A stretch of DNA of 64,000 nucleotides from Gemmatimonadales bacterium (GCA_041577295.1 JBFGJG010000017.1:14162-78161); one strand, 5' to 3'. Shown: positions 47,670 to 57,371, counted from the first letter of the stretch. Translations and numbers: made by a program. The notes: a model not told the origin generated them from the sequence alone.

Positions 47670-48445
47670 ACCTGCCGCTCGCCGCGACGCTTGCCGCGGC
47701 GCTCGCCGTCACTGCTCGCACGCTCGATTGGCTGACGACCGACGGTATGCTTGCCGCCGCGCTGGTCGGCACTGCGGTTTTCGTGGGGGCTGACATCGCT
47801 GGTGCCGCGCTCCTCGCGCTCTTCTTCGTTTCGGGAAGTCTGCTCAGCAGGATGAACGCCCAAAGCGAGAGAATCGATCACCCAGACGTCCCCGGGCGGG
47901 GCCGAACTGCCGCGCAAGTGCTTGCCAACGGACTGTGGCCAGCGGTGGGGGCGATCTTGGTTGGGTTCAACAGCAGCCTCGGGTGGCCGGTTCTGGTCGG
48001 TGCACTTGCCACGGCACAGGCTGACACGTGGGCAACCGAGATCGGTGTTCATGCCAGGACGCGCCCACGACTCATCACCTCGGGACGACCGGTTCCGCAC
48101 GGAACGTCTGGCGGCGTCACGGTGCTGGGAACCGCAGCGGGCATCGCGGGAGCGACAACCCTCACGGGGATCGCGTGGATACTGGGAATCGGAACCGTGG
48201 TTGCGTTCACCGGGCTCGTGGCTGGAACATTGGGCATGCTGTCGGATTCGATTCTCGGGGCCGCCGCACAGGGCGTGTACTACTGTGACGCCTGTGCTGT
48301 GGAGATCGAGCAACCGTTACACCGCTGTGGCCGGCACGCCAGGCGCTACCGCGGGAGCCCGGTCATCACGAACGACACGGTGAACTTCATCTCGACGGGC
48401 ATGGGGGCTCTCGCAGCCGCGGGGGCATGGCTGTGGTGGTCGTGA
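47666..48445 (+). CDS. DUF92 (TMEM19/VTE6-like) membrane protein
   Basis: R...QVLANG, ADTWATEIG, GTSGGVT, DS.LGA, ND.VN; GTGA overlap. Confidence 0.88.
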   Translation: MNLPLAATLAAALAVTARTLDWLTTDGMLAAALVGTAVFVGADIAGAALLALFFVSGSLLSRMNAQSERIDHPDVPGRGRTAAQVLANGLWPAVGAILVGFNSSLGWPVLVGALATAQADTWATEIGVHARTRPRLITSGRPVPHGTSGGVTVLGTAAGIAGATTLTGIAWILGIGTVVAFTGLVAGTLGMLSDSILGAAAQGVYYCDACAVEIEQPLHRCGRHARRYRGSPVITNDTVNFISTGMGALAAAGAWLWWS

Positions 48446-48470
48446 ACCCAGTTACGTTCGACACGAGCCG

Positions 48471-49691
48471 ATGATGCGCGGCGGTTGGACCGATGTCGCA
48501 GTCGTTGGTGCCGGCCCCGCCGGGAGCGCTGCCGCCGCTTTGCTCGCCGAGCGTGGGGTCGACGTCACACTGGTCGAGCGGGCCGTGTTCCCACGCGCGA
48601 AACCATGTGCAGAGTATCTCAGCCCCCAAGTCACCCGGGTTTTGGACCGCCTCGGCGTACGTGCGGCGGTCGAGGGTCCGGATGCGGGGGCGAGCAAGCT
48701 CACCGGCATGCGACTCGTCGCGCCCGATGGAAGCAGCGTGACCGGCAGGTTTGTAGCCAGTCACGGCTTTCGCGGACACAGCGACTACGGGTTGGCGCTA
48801 CGGCGCGAGCGCTTCGATGCTCTCCTCGTCGAGGCGGCCGTGCGCCGCGGTGCGCGTCTGCTCGAAAACACCATCGTCGAGAACCTCGGCGAGGACAGCG
48901 GTCGCTACCGCACCCTGTCCATCCGTTCGGGCGGGCGGCGTGATATCATGCGCGCGCGCCTCATTGTCGCCGCCGATGGGCTGAACACCAGGATCGGTCG
49001 TGTCCTGGGGGTGAGTCGCCGACGTAAGCGGCGACGCATCGCATTCGTGACCCATGCCGTTGGCGTCGCCGGCATGGGCGATGTCGGTGAAATGTACGTC
49101 GGGCGCAACGGGTACGCCGGTCTTGCACCCCTGGGTGAGGGAGTCACGAACGTCGCCGTGGTGGTCGACCTCGCGCGCGTCCGCATCGAGAAACCTCCGC
49201 AGGCCTCGTTCAACCACCTCCTCCGGGACTACCCTGCGGTCTGCGAACGTCTTCGATCGTCGACGCGCGTTTCGCCCGTGCGAGCGGTGGGCCCGTTCGG
49301 CCGGTGGGTTTCTCGAGCAACTGCGGACCGCGTGGTGCTGGTGGGTGACGCCGCCGACTTTCATGACCCGTTCACCGGAGAGGGCGTGTACGCCGCCCTG
49401 CATGGGGCAGAGCTCTTGACGGAGGCTACGTTGCCTGCGCTCGCGAGGGATCAACTGAGCAAATCAGCTCTGGCGCCGTACGACGCCGCGCGGCGTCGTG
49501 CCTTTGGTGGAAAGTGGACGGTCGAGCGTTTGGTCAGCTGGGCGGTCGCCCACCCCGGCATCTTCAATCACATCACGCACCGTCTCGCCGCTCGTCCGGA
49601 ACTCGCGGATGTGCTCGTGGCGGTGACCGGTAACTTTGCCCCGCCGCACGCGGTGCTGCGCACGTCCTTCGCATGGCAGCTCATCAAATAG
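48471..49691 (+). CDS. FAD-dependent oxidoreductase, geranylgeranyl-reductase/FixC family
   Basis: VGAGPAG, FPR.KPC, AADG, GDAA...DPFTGEG. Confidence 0.9.
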   Translation: MMRGGWTDVAVVGAGPAGSAAAALLAERGVDVTLVERAVFPRAKPCAEYLSPQVTRVLDRLGVRAAVEGPDAGASKLTGMRLVAPDGSSVTGRFVASHGFRGHSDYGLALRRERFDALLVEAAVRRGARLLENTIVENLGEDSGRYRTLSIRSGGRRDIMRARLIVAADGLNTRIGRVLGVSRRRKRRRIAFVTHAVGVAGMGDVGEMYVGRNGYAGLAPLGEGVTNVAVVVDLARVRIEKPPQASFNHLLRDYPAVCERLRSSTRVSPVRAVGPFGRWVSRATADRVVLVGDAADFHDPFTGEGVYAALHGAELLTEATLPALARDQLSKSALAPYDAARRRAFGGKWTVERLVSWAVAHPGIFNHITHRLAARPELADVLVAVTGNFAPPHAVLRTSFAWQLIK

Positions 49692-50188
49692 GCGAGCGCC
49701 CCTCGGCGAGCCCGGAGCAGTTCCGCGAGCTCCTCGGGCAATTCGCCTCGGGTGTGACGGTCGCCACCACGCTCACTGAGAGCGGACAGGCGGTGGGCAT
49801 GACGGCCACGGCCGTGGCCGCCGTGTCGCTCGAGCCACCGCTTCTGCTCGTCTGCGTCAACCACAGCGATCCTTTTCACGAGGCGCTCGAGAACGCGCGC
49901 ATGTTTGCGATCAACATCCTGGCTCGGGACCAGCAGCGTCTGTCCCAACAATTCGCCGGCAGTGCGGAAGCCCGATTCCGTTCCGTCACCTGCCGCGAGG
50001 GACCCGGTGGGCTTCCGCTCCTCGACGGAGCGGTGGCGCACATCGTTTGCGAACGCTGGCATCGGTTGGCCGCGGGCGATCATACGGTCTTTCTGGGGCG
50101 AGTGGTCGGGGGTAGCACGTATGATCGAGCGCCGCTCCTCCACTTTCGCAGTGGGTACACGACTGTGCACGGATCTGACACCCCGTGA
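49673..50188 (+). CDS. Flavin reductase
   Basis: FASGVTV, SLEPPL, GDH...G. Confidence 0.9.
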   Translation: MAAHQIGERPSASPEQFRELLGQFASGVTVATTLTESGQAVGMTATAVAAVSLEPPLLLVCVNHSDPFHEALENARMFAINILARDQQRLSQQFAGSAEARFRSVTCREGPGGLPLLDGAVAHIVCERWHRLAAGDHTVFLGRVVGGSTYDRAPLLHFRSGYTTVHGSDTP

Positions 50189-50883
50189 GCCGGGTGACCT
50201 TGCCGGCGGTGGGACATGAGGCGCTAGACTCGCCGCACTGTGACACCGACGTCGCGGTGGCGACGCTGCGAGATATCGCTCGCGCAAACGCCCTGCTGGG
50301 TGGTCAGGCTGCGGTGCGTGCCGGGCTCACGAGCCTGCTCGGCCCCATCGCGACGACGAGGGCGATCACCGTCCTCGACGTTGGCGCGGGGATGGGAGAC
50401 GTCGCGGCCTCCCTTGCACACGACTGTAACCATAGAGCGCTGCGGTGGATCGCCCTCGACTGGCACGCAGCGGCCACGCGGCTCTGTCGTTCGCGCGGGC
50501 TGGTCACGCTGCGTGCGAACGTCTTGGCGCTCCCGCTCAAGGAACGATCCGTTGACGTGGTGGTGGCAAGCCAGCTGCTCCACCACTTTTCCCGTGAGAC
50601 AGCTGTGAGACTGCTCGCCCAGTTCGACCGCCTCGCCCGCGTCGGGGTCGTTATCGCCGACCTCGAACGCCGCTGGCCGGCGGTCTGGGGAATCTGGATG
50701 GCGTCCTACGTGCTCCGGTTCCACCGGGTCAGTCGTCGGGACGGAATGGTCTCGGTCCGGCGCGGCTTCACGCCGAGTGAGCTGGCTGGACTGCTGCAGC
50801 GGGCGGGTCTCGACGGATCGGTGCAGCGTCGGGCCGGGTACCGTCTCGTCGCGACTTGGAAGAAAACAGATGTACACCATTGA
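50185..50883 (+). CDS. SAM-dependent methyltransferase-domain protein
   Basis: E.LD, N..LGG, LDVGAG.GD, LHHF, DL.R, DG..SVRRGF. Confidence 0.85.
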   Translation: MSRVTLPAVGHEALDSPHCDTDVAVATLRDIARANALLGGQAAVRAGLTSLLGPIATTRAITVLDVGAGMGDVAASLAHDCNHRALRWIALDWHAAATRLCRSRGLVTLRANVLALPLKERSVDVVVASQLLHHFSRETAVRLLAQFDRLARVGVVIADLERRWPAVWGIWMASYVLRFHRVSRRDGMVSVRRGFTPSELAGLLQRAGLDGSVQRRAGYRLVATWKKTDVHH

Positions 50884-51322
50884 CCGAATAACCGTAGATG
50901 CGCCGATCGAACGCGTCTTCGAGGTGGCGTCGAATGTCGAGCGATGGCCTCAGTTCCTTCCGCATTACCGGTGGGTCCACATGCTCGAGGGCGACCACGA
51001 CGACGGCCTGGTAGACATGGCGGCGTGGCGTGCGTTCGGACCGTTTCGGTATCCCACATGGTGGGTTTCGCGCATGGAGATCGAGCGCCCGGCGCACGTC
51101 ATCCGCTATCGGCACGTGCGCGGAATCACACGAGGTATGGACGTCGAGTGGCGGCTCACGACGGAAGATGGAAGGGTGGATGTGAAGATCGAGCATAAAT
51201 GGACTGGACCACGCTGGCCTTTGGTGGGATCTTTGGCCGCCAACATGGTCATCGGTCCGATATTCATTCATCACATCGCATCCCGCACACTCGCGGGTGT
51301 GAAACGCGAGGCGGAGCGGTGA
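50870..51322 (+). CDS. SRPBCC polyketide cyclase/aromatase-like protein
   Basis: V..WP.FLPHYR, W.S, H..G.T.GM.V.W; ATG 50870. Confidence 0.8.
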   Translation: MYTIDRITVDAPIERVFEVASNVERWPQFLPHYRWVHMLEGDHDDGLVDMAAWRAFGPFRYPTWWVSRMEIERPAHVIRYRHVRGITRGMDVEWRLTTEDGRVDVKIEHKWTGPRWPLVGSLAANMVIGPIFIHHIASRTLAGVKREAER

Positions 51323-52560
51323 CCGAGGTTGCCATTACGGGTATCGGCTGTGTCACGGCCAGTGGCATTGGGGTCGAGGGCATGTGGAACGGGCTACGTG
51401 GGCGGCGCTCACCAATCCGAGAGATCACGCGATTCGACGCCAGTTCGTTTCGCAGCCGGATGGCCGCCGAGGTCGATGGCTTTCATCCGAAGGACCACCT
51501 CACTACCAAGGCGGCGAGGCGCTTTGATCGCTTCTCGCAATTCGGGGTGGCTGCCACTCGCATGGCGATCGAAGATGCGGGGTTGCAGGTACCGCGTGAA
51601 GACCGCGATCGAATCGGGGTGATGATGGGATCGGCATTGGGTGGCGTCGGTCTCGCCGAGGCACAGGCGGAGATCTACCGCCGGGAGGGCATTCGCTCGG
51701 TCGACCCCGCACTCGCGCTGAGCGTTTTCGGAGGCGCCGTCTCCTGCAACATCGCCATTGAGTTCGGCTTTACCGGACCAAACTCGACCAATGCCATGTC
51801 GTGCGCCTCCGGCACCGTGGCCATCGGGGACGCCTTGAATGCCATCCGGCAGGGGCTCGCCGACGTCATGATCGCCGGCGGATCGGAGGCGCCGCTCTCA
51901 CCGCTCTGCTTCGGTGCGTTCACGATCATTCGCGCCATGTCTACGCGGAACGACGACCCGTCGCGGGCGTGTCGCCCGTTCGATCGCTCGCGCGACGGAT
52001 TTGTCATGGGCGAGGGCGCTGCCGTGCTGGTGCTGGAGCGAAGAAATCGTGCGGTGGCGCGTGGCGCAAAATTGTACGCGGACGTCCTGGGCTTTGGGCT
52101 CACAAACGACGCACACCACATGACGGCACCCAAACCCGATGGACGAGAGGCACAGCGGGCTATGGCGTTGGCGTTGTCCGATGCGCACGTGGCCCCACAC
52201 GAGGTCGGCTATGTAAACGCCCATGGCTCTTCGACCGTTCTCAATGACGCGACGGAAACACTCGCGCTCAAGAGCCTGTTCGGGTCGCATGCCTACCGGC
52301 TTGCCATTAGCGGTACGAAGGCGTATTACGGTCACGCGCTCGGAGCGAGCGGCGCCATCGAGGCAGCCGTCTGTGCTCTCGGGATGTCGCGGGACTGGTT
52401 GCCGCCAACGGTGAATCTGGATCAACCGGACACCGCGTGCGATCTGAACTACCTCGCCAACGGTGGCCTCGAAGGAGTTCCCACCATCGTGATGTCGAAT
52501 TCCTTTGGCTTCGGTGGCGTGAACGCGGTGGTGGTATTGAGGAAGTCAGACCAAGCCTAG
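51319..52560 (+). CDS. Beta-ketoacyl synthase (FabF/KS-alpha-like)
   Basis: Cys-His-His triad: SCASG, NAHGSST, GHALGASG; GFVMGEG, SNSFGFGG; GTGA overlap. Confidence 0.93.
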   Translation: MTEVAITGIGCVTASGIGVEGMWNGLRGRRSPIREITRFDASSFRSRMAAEVDGFHPKDHLTTKAARRFDRFSQFGVAATRMAIEDAGLQVPREDRDRIGVMMGSALGGVGLAEAQAEIYRREGIRSVDPALALSVFGGAVSCNIAIEFGFTGPNSTNAMSCASGTVAIGDALNAIRQGLADVMIAGGSEAPLSPLCFGAFTIIRAMSTRNDDPSRACRPFDRSRDGFVMGEGAAVLVLERRNRAVARGAKLYADVLGFGLTNDAHHMTAPKPDGREAQRAMALALSDAHVAPHEVGYVNAHGSSTVLNDATETLALKSLFGSHAYRLAISGTKAYYGHALGASGAIEAAVCALGMSRDWLPPTVNLDQPDTACDLNYLANGGLEGVPTIVMSNSFGFGGVNAVVVLRKSDQA

Positions 52561-52581
52561 CCGAGAGGAGCGCAGTCGACC

Positions 52582-53280
52582 ATGCGCGAGATCTTACGTC
52601 CATTGGCCGCTGAGTTTCTGGGCACGTTCGCGTTCGTGTTCGTGGGGGCGGGCGCCGTCGTGATCGACGCCCATACGGGCGGCGGGCTAGGCCTCCTCGG
52701 CATCGCGACCGCGCACGCCGTTGTGTTTGCCGTGATGGTAACAGCGACCATGAATATCTCGGGTGGGCACCTGAATCCCGCCATCACCTTTGCGGTATGG
52801 CTCGCGCGCAGGATGGACTCAAAGCTCGGGGGCCTGTACGTCCTCACCCAGCTGCTCGCCGGCATCCTCGCCGCGCTCATGGTACGCTGGCTGTTCCCGG
52901 TCGTGGCAGCCGAAGTGACGGGGTATGGCGTTCCGCGCATTTCCGGCACGTTGCTCGGCACGGAGGCCTTGGTGATCGAGGCAGTGCTCACGTTGTTTCT
53001 CGTGAGCGCCGTCTTTGGAACCGCTATTGCACCAGACGCGCCCAAGATGGGCGGATTTGCAATCGGCCTCGTCTTGCTTTTCGATATCCTCGCGGGAGGA
53101 CCACTAACCGGCGCCGCCGTGAATCCGGCGCGGGCGTTTGGTCCCGCGCTGATCGCGCAGGAGTGGCACGGACACTTCGTCTACTGGGCCGGCCCGCTCC
53201 TGGGCGGCGCGGCGGCGGCGGCATTGTGGGCTGGGCTGTTACTACCACGAGCTGGAAAGGAAAAACCTCGCGGCGGCTAG
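52582..53280 (+). CDS. MIP-family channel (aquaporin)
   Basis: AEFLGT, SGGHLNPA, NPARAFGP. Confidence 0.95.
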   Translation: MREILRPLAAEFLGTFAFVFVGAGAVVIDAHTGGGLGLLGIATAHAVVFAVMVTATMNISGGHLNPAITFAVWLARRMDSKLGGLYVLTQLLAGILAALMVRWLFPVVAAEVTGYGVPRISGTLLGTEALVIEAVLTLFLVSAVFGTAIAPDAPKMGGFAIGLVLLFDILAGGPLTGAAVNPARAFGPALIAQEWHGHFVYWAGPLLGGAAAAALWAGLLLPRAGKEKPRGG

Positions 53281-53292
53281 CGGTTTGCCGGC

Positions 53293-54264
53293 CTACGGTT
53301 CGAGCGCAACCTCCGGCGCCGCGTAGGTCACGATAATGTCCGCCCCGGCCCGACAGATCGCGTCGAGCGCCTCGCGCATCGCGGCCTTGCCGTCCAACGC
53401 TCCGGCCGCTGCCGCGTGCTTGATCATGGCGTACTCGCCGGACACCTGGTAGGCGGCAAGCGGACCACCAAACCGCTCCTTCGCACGGCGAATGACATCG
53501 AGACAGGGCATCCCGGGCTTCACCATCACAATGTCGGCACCCTCGGACAGATCGAGAGCGATCTCGCGCAGAGCCTCGTCGGTATTCGCCGGATCCATCT
53601 GGTAGCCGCGTCGATCCCCAAACTGTGGTGCGCTCCCGGCGGCCTCGCGAAACGGGCCGTAAAACGCCGACGCGTACTTCGCGGCGTATGACAGGATCGG
53701 CATTTCCTGAAACCCGTTCTCGTCCAGCGCGCGACGGAGCGCCGCAACACGTCCGTCCATCATGTCACTCGGCGCCACCATATCGGCCCCAGCGCGCGCA
53801 TGGGAGACCGCGGCCCGGGCCAGCAAGTCGAGCGACTCGTCGTTCACAACATGCCCCTCCCGCACCACGCCACAGTGACCGTGGGATGTATACTCGCAGA
53901 GGCAGACGTCGGTTATCACGACTAAGTCTGGGGAGGCGTCCTTCAGTCGGGCCACGGCTTGTTGCACGACCCCGCTTGGGTCATAGGCGCCACTCCCCTG
54001 CTCGTCCTTGGTAGACGGAATGCCGAAGAGCAGCACTCCCCCGATACCAAGGTCGGTGGCCTTCCGCGCGAGCACTGGCGCCGAGTGGACCGGGTGCCGC
54101 GACACGCCGGGCATCGCGGCCACGGGGGCTTCGCTGGATTCTTCGGTGAAGAAGAGCGGCCACACGAGCTGAGCTCGCGTGACCCGGGTTTCTCGGACGA
54201 GACGCCGGAGGCCACCGGTCCGACGCAGCCGCCGCATCCTCGTGGCGGGAAACGCGCCAGCCAT
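53293..54264 (-). CDS. hemB: Porphobilinogen synthase (Zn type)
   Basis: DVCLCEYTSHGHCG, SDMMDGR, YGPFRE, MVKP, YQVSGEY. Confidence 0.97.
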   Translation of the reverse strand: MAGAFPATRMRRLRRTGGLRRLVRETRVTRAQLVWPLFFTEESSEAPVAAMPGVSRHPVHSAPVLARKATDLGIGGVLLFGIPSTKDEQGSGAYDPSGVVQQAVARLKDASPDLVVITDVCLCEYTSHGHCGVVREGHVVNDESLDLLARAAVSHARAGADMVAPSDMMDGRVAALRRALDENGFQEMPILSYAAKYASAFYGPFREAAGSAPQFGDRRGYQMDPANTDEALREIALDLSEGADIVMVKPGMPCLDVIRRAKERFGGPLAAYQVSGEYAMIKHAAAAGALDGKAAMREALDAICRAGADIIVTYAAPEVALEP

Positions 54265-54268
54265 GGGC

Positions 54269-54379
54269 TCAGCGGTGCTTGCGGAGCCTGAGAAAGAGAG
54301 AGGTGGCGTAGGCGAGCACGATCACCGCCGTCACGAGATACGCAGCGACCATGTACCCAGCGTTGTCAGGAAACTGCAC
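54269..54379 (-). CDS. ccmD: Heme exporter protein D (36 aa, below ORF-track cut-off)
   Basis: Manual translation MQFPDNAGYMVAAYLVTAVIVLAYATSLFLRLRKHR; GAGGT RBS; single TM plus basic tail directly after ccmC. Confidence 0.75.
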   Translation of the reverse strand: MQFPDNAGYMVAAYLVTAVIVLAYATSLFLRLRKHR

Positions 54380-55070
54380 GAGCTACCTCTTCTGCCTTCA
54401 GCTCTCGTAAGACGGCAAGCGCATATCGTTGCATGGTAAAGCCGACGTAGAGAACGGTGAACACCACGATCGAGAGCAACAGCGTCACCAACATGACTCC
54501 CGGAAGTGAGGGCGAGCTGGGCTTGACCAAGACCGGTTGCGGGTGGAGAGTGCGGAACCAATACACAGTGACGTGAATGAATGGAACGAGCACCAGCGCC
54601 ATGATCCCGATGACCGCGGAATAAGCTGCACGGGTTCCCGGATCAGTCACGGCGTTACGTAGGGCCAGATACCCCACGAACAGCAAGAAAATGAAAAGTG
54701 TGGATGTGAGTCGTGCGTCCCACGTCCACCACGTACCCCAGATCGGCTTTCCCCAAATCGGTCCCGTCGTCAGCATCACCATCCCAAATGCGACGCCTAC
54801 TTCAGCCGACGAGGCTGCAACGAGGTCCAGCTTGCGATCCTTGAGGAACAGGTACAACAGGCTCAGGATGCCTGTGATGGCAAACGCCACCAGGGCCGCC
54901 CATGCGGCGGGCGCGTGAATGTAGAAGATCTTCTGCGCAGGACCTTGGAAACGCTCGACCGGCGTGAACACGAGCGCTCGGACGTAGATGGCGGCTAGGC
55001 CAAGGAGCGCGAGCACCGTGACCACACCTCCGCGGCGCGCGGTACGCAGGGCTGCGTCTCGTCCGATCAT
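54366..55070 (-). CDS. ccmC: Heme exporter CcmC
   Basis: YIH.P, WGKPIWGTWWTWDARLT, TLHP. Confidence 0.95.
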   Translation of the reverse strand: MIGRDAALRTARRGGVVTVLALLGLAAIYVRALVFTPVERFQGPAQKIFYIHAPAAWAALVAFAITGILSLLYLFLKDRKLDLVAASSAEVGVAFGMVMLTTGPIWGKPIWGTWWTWDARLTSTLFIFLLFVGYLALRNAVTDPGTRAAYSAVIGIMALVLVPFIHVTVYWFRTLHPQPVLVKPSSPSLPGVMLVTLLLSIVVFTVLYVGFTMQRYALAVLRELKAEEVARAVS

Positions 55071-55753
55071 TCCTCTAGCGTGGCCTCGAAGAGCAGAATC
55101 GACAATGTCAAGAACACCAAATCAAAGGCGGCGAGCAACTTAAGCCAGCCGGCGAGTTCGCTCAAGGGACGATCGAGCAAGATGCGAGCGGTCAGCTGAA
55201 CGGCACCCACGACTGGTGGGACGAGAAACGGCAACAGCAGAACCGGAAGCATCATCTCGGAAAAACGGGTTCGCACGACCATGGCGCTGAGGAGGGTTCC
55301 CACGGCGACAAACGCCACCGTTGCCATGACCATCACCAGCAGCAGCTCGGGAAGTTGTGCGCCGATTGGAAGATCGTAGAACAAAATGAACAGTGGCACC
55401 GACGCCAGCTCCACCACTCCGACGAACACGAGATTCCCGAGCACCTTTCCTACGAAAATCGCTGTTGGGGGAGCGGGCGTGAGGAGCAACCCGTCCATTG
55501 CCCGGTTCTCTCTTTCGAGGAGGAATGCGCGATTGAGCCCCACCATGGCGGCAAAGGTGAACGTGACCCACAGCGCACCCGGAGCCACGTCTATCGTGGC
55601 CACGCTGGTGGGGTCGCGTGCGAAGTAGAGCACCGCCAGCACCAGAACGGCAAACACCATCGAAGAGACGAAAGCAGTTTTCGTCTTCCATTCGATGGCG
55701 AGATCCTTCGCAGCTACTGCGAGACTCGCCCGGACAAACGTGCTAGCGCTCAC
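55067..55753 (-). CDS. ccmB: Heme exporter CcmB
   Basis: KDL..E, F..E.E...DGL, LP.LLLP...P; between ccmA and ccmC. Confidence 0.92.
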   Translation of the reverse strand: MSASTFVRASLAVAAKDLAIEWKTKTAFVSSMVFAVLVLAVLYFARDPTSVATIDVAPGALWVTFTFAAMVGLNRAFLLERENRAMDGLLLTPAPPTAIFVGKVLGNLVFVGVVELASVPLFILFYDLPIGAQLPELLLVMVMATVAFVAVGTLLSAMVVRTRFSEMMLPVLLLPFLVPPVVGAVQLTARILLDRPLSELAGWLKLLAAFDLVFLTLSILLFEATLEE

Positions 55754-56426
55754 GAGCCACCGCAGCGCGATAGCGGTCGAGGACCTCGGCCGGTGTCTTG
55801 TTGGTCAGCACCTCCGGGGTTTCGAGCCGTCCCCGAACCAGGTATCCGACGCGCGTTCCCAGGGGGAGGAGTTCGGTAATTTGGTGGCTCGCAATCACCA
55901 CGGCGCAGCCACGATCGCGCAGGGCCTTCAGCATGTCGGTGACCAACGTGGTTCCGGTGTCATCGAGGCCACTAAGGGGCTCGTCGAGCAACAAGATCTC
56001 TGGTTCTGGAAGAAGTGCACGGGCGATGGCCAGGCGCTGGAGCATTCCCCGGCTGAAAGTCGCTATCGCCTGATCGTGAACGGCAGCGAGGCCGACCCGT
56101 TCGAGAGCCGCGTGGACGACTCGGCCGCTTGGCAGGCCGTGCAGCCTTGCAAAGAAAGCGAGGTTCTGGCTGGCAGTCAGGGCGTCGTACAGCATGGAGT
56201 GATGTGCCACCATGCCAACCGATCCAAACCGCTCTATGCTCCCACTGTTGGGGCGCGCGAGCCCTGCGATCAGCCTGAGCAGTGTGGTCTTGCCGGCCCC
56301 GTTCTTCCCCATGAGAAGAAGAACCTCTCCAAATCCGATGTCGAGGGAAACGTCTTGGAGGACTGGCCGGTGCCCGTAACGCCGTGAGACCTCTCTCAGT
56401 GTGACGGCGACGTCACTCAGCGGCAT
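55743..56426 (-). CDS. ccmA: Heme exporter ATPase CcmA
   Basis: GKNGAGKTT, FSRGM.QR, LLLDEP; operon context. Confidence 0.9.
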   Translation of the reverse strand: MPLSDVAVTLREVSRRYGHRPVLQDVSLDIGFGEVLLLMGKNGAGKTTLLRLIAGLARPNSGSIERFGSVGMVAHHSMLYDALTASQNLAFFARLHGLPSGRVVHAALERVGLAAVHDQAIATFSRGMLQRLAIARALLPEPEILLLDEPLSGLDDTGTTLVTDMLKALRDRGCAVVIASHQITELLPLGTRVGYLVRGRLETPEVLTNKTPAEVLDRYRAAVARER

Positions 56427-56775
56427 CGATGCGATGGGCGAGCTCGTTCAGGTCGAAGGGCTTAACGAGATACCCGCTGTGGCCCATTCCCATGACATCG
56501 ACCAGCGGCTCCATGCTCACGTAAGCGGTGGTGATGATCACCGGAATCTTTGGTGCGGTGGTTCGGAGCTGCCGGAGGAGATCGATCCCGTCCGTGTCGG
56601 GGAGTTGCATGTCCAACACGACGACGTTGGGACGAAACGAACGGAACCTCGTGAGTGCCTCCGCACCAGTGCCAGCGAACTCCATGTCGAACCGGCCCTT
56701 GAAGAATCGCGCGTAGGCCCGCCGTAGATCCGCCTCATCTTCCACGAAGAGCACCTTGCGTGAGGCGTCAGGCAT
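56413..56775 (-). CDS. Single-domain response regulator
   Basis: VEDE, LDMQLP, T, KPF. Confidence 0.9.
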   Translation of the reverse strand: MPDASRKVLFVEDEADLRRAYARFFKGRFDMEFAGTGAEALTRFRSFRPNVVVLDMQLPDTDGIDLLRQLRTTAPKIPVIITTAYVSMEPLVDVMGMGHSGYLVKPFDLNELAHRIDAAE

Positions 56776-56875
56776 TAGCGATTCGAAAGCAGCGCGAGGG
56801 TGTGTCGGTCGGCAGCGATCATGGAGCCAATATACACGAGGCTCGGTGAACGCGTCGAGAACGGTCGCTGGGTTG

Positions 56876-57196
56876 CTAGGAGGGGGATTGGTCGAACTCG
56901 AATAGATCTTCGAGCTTGGTCAGAACGAGGAGAAAACGCAGCTCCTCACCGACGTTACGAAGGCACACGACCTGTCGGCGACTGGCAGCGCGCCGCTGCA
57001 CGAGGATCAGGGAGCTGAGTCCGGCGCTGTCGACCGCACGCGTCGCGGTCAGGTCGACGATGAGACGTCCAGCGCCCTCCGGCATCTCCTTCAACGCTGC
57101 AAGCGCGACGCTTCGAAACGCCGACCGTGTTTGGAGGCCGAGCATCTCGGGCGCAACGAGAACACGTTGATGCCATTTGATATTGGCCTGGCGCAC
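56876..57196 (-). CDS. STAS-domain anti-sigma antagonist
   Basis: DL.....VDSAGL; AGGAG RBS. Confidence 0.85.
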   Translation of the reverse strand: MRQANIKWHQRVLVAPEMLGLQTRSAFRSVALAALKEMPEGAGRLIVDLTATRAVDSAGLSSLILVQRRAASRRQVVCLRNVGEELRFLLVLTKLEDLFEFDQSPS

Positions 57197-57371
57197 GCGC
57201 GACTCCTGCGGCTCTCAAGTCGGGCTCGGGTCCTACGTGGTGACCGGCGTGGCTCGGCAGGCTCCAAGATATTTCTCCATCTTCACTTAGAGCCGCCGCT
57301 CCGTTTTGCGTCGCCTCTGTCGTACCCACGCAGCACGCCGTTTGATTCAACACCGCAACGCTTGTGCCGAG

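Noticed and set aside
57300..57350. GACGCAAAAC...CTAAG resembling a c-di-GMP-I riboswitch
   Set aside because: No GNRA-capped P2 stem and spacing does not match
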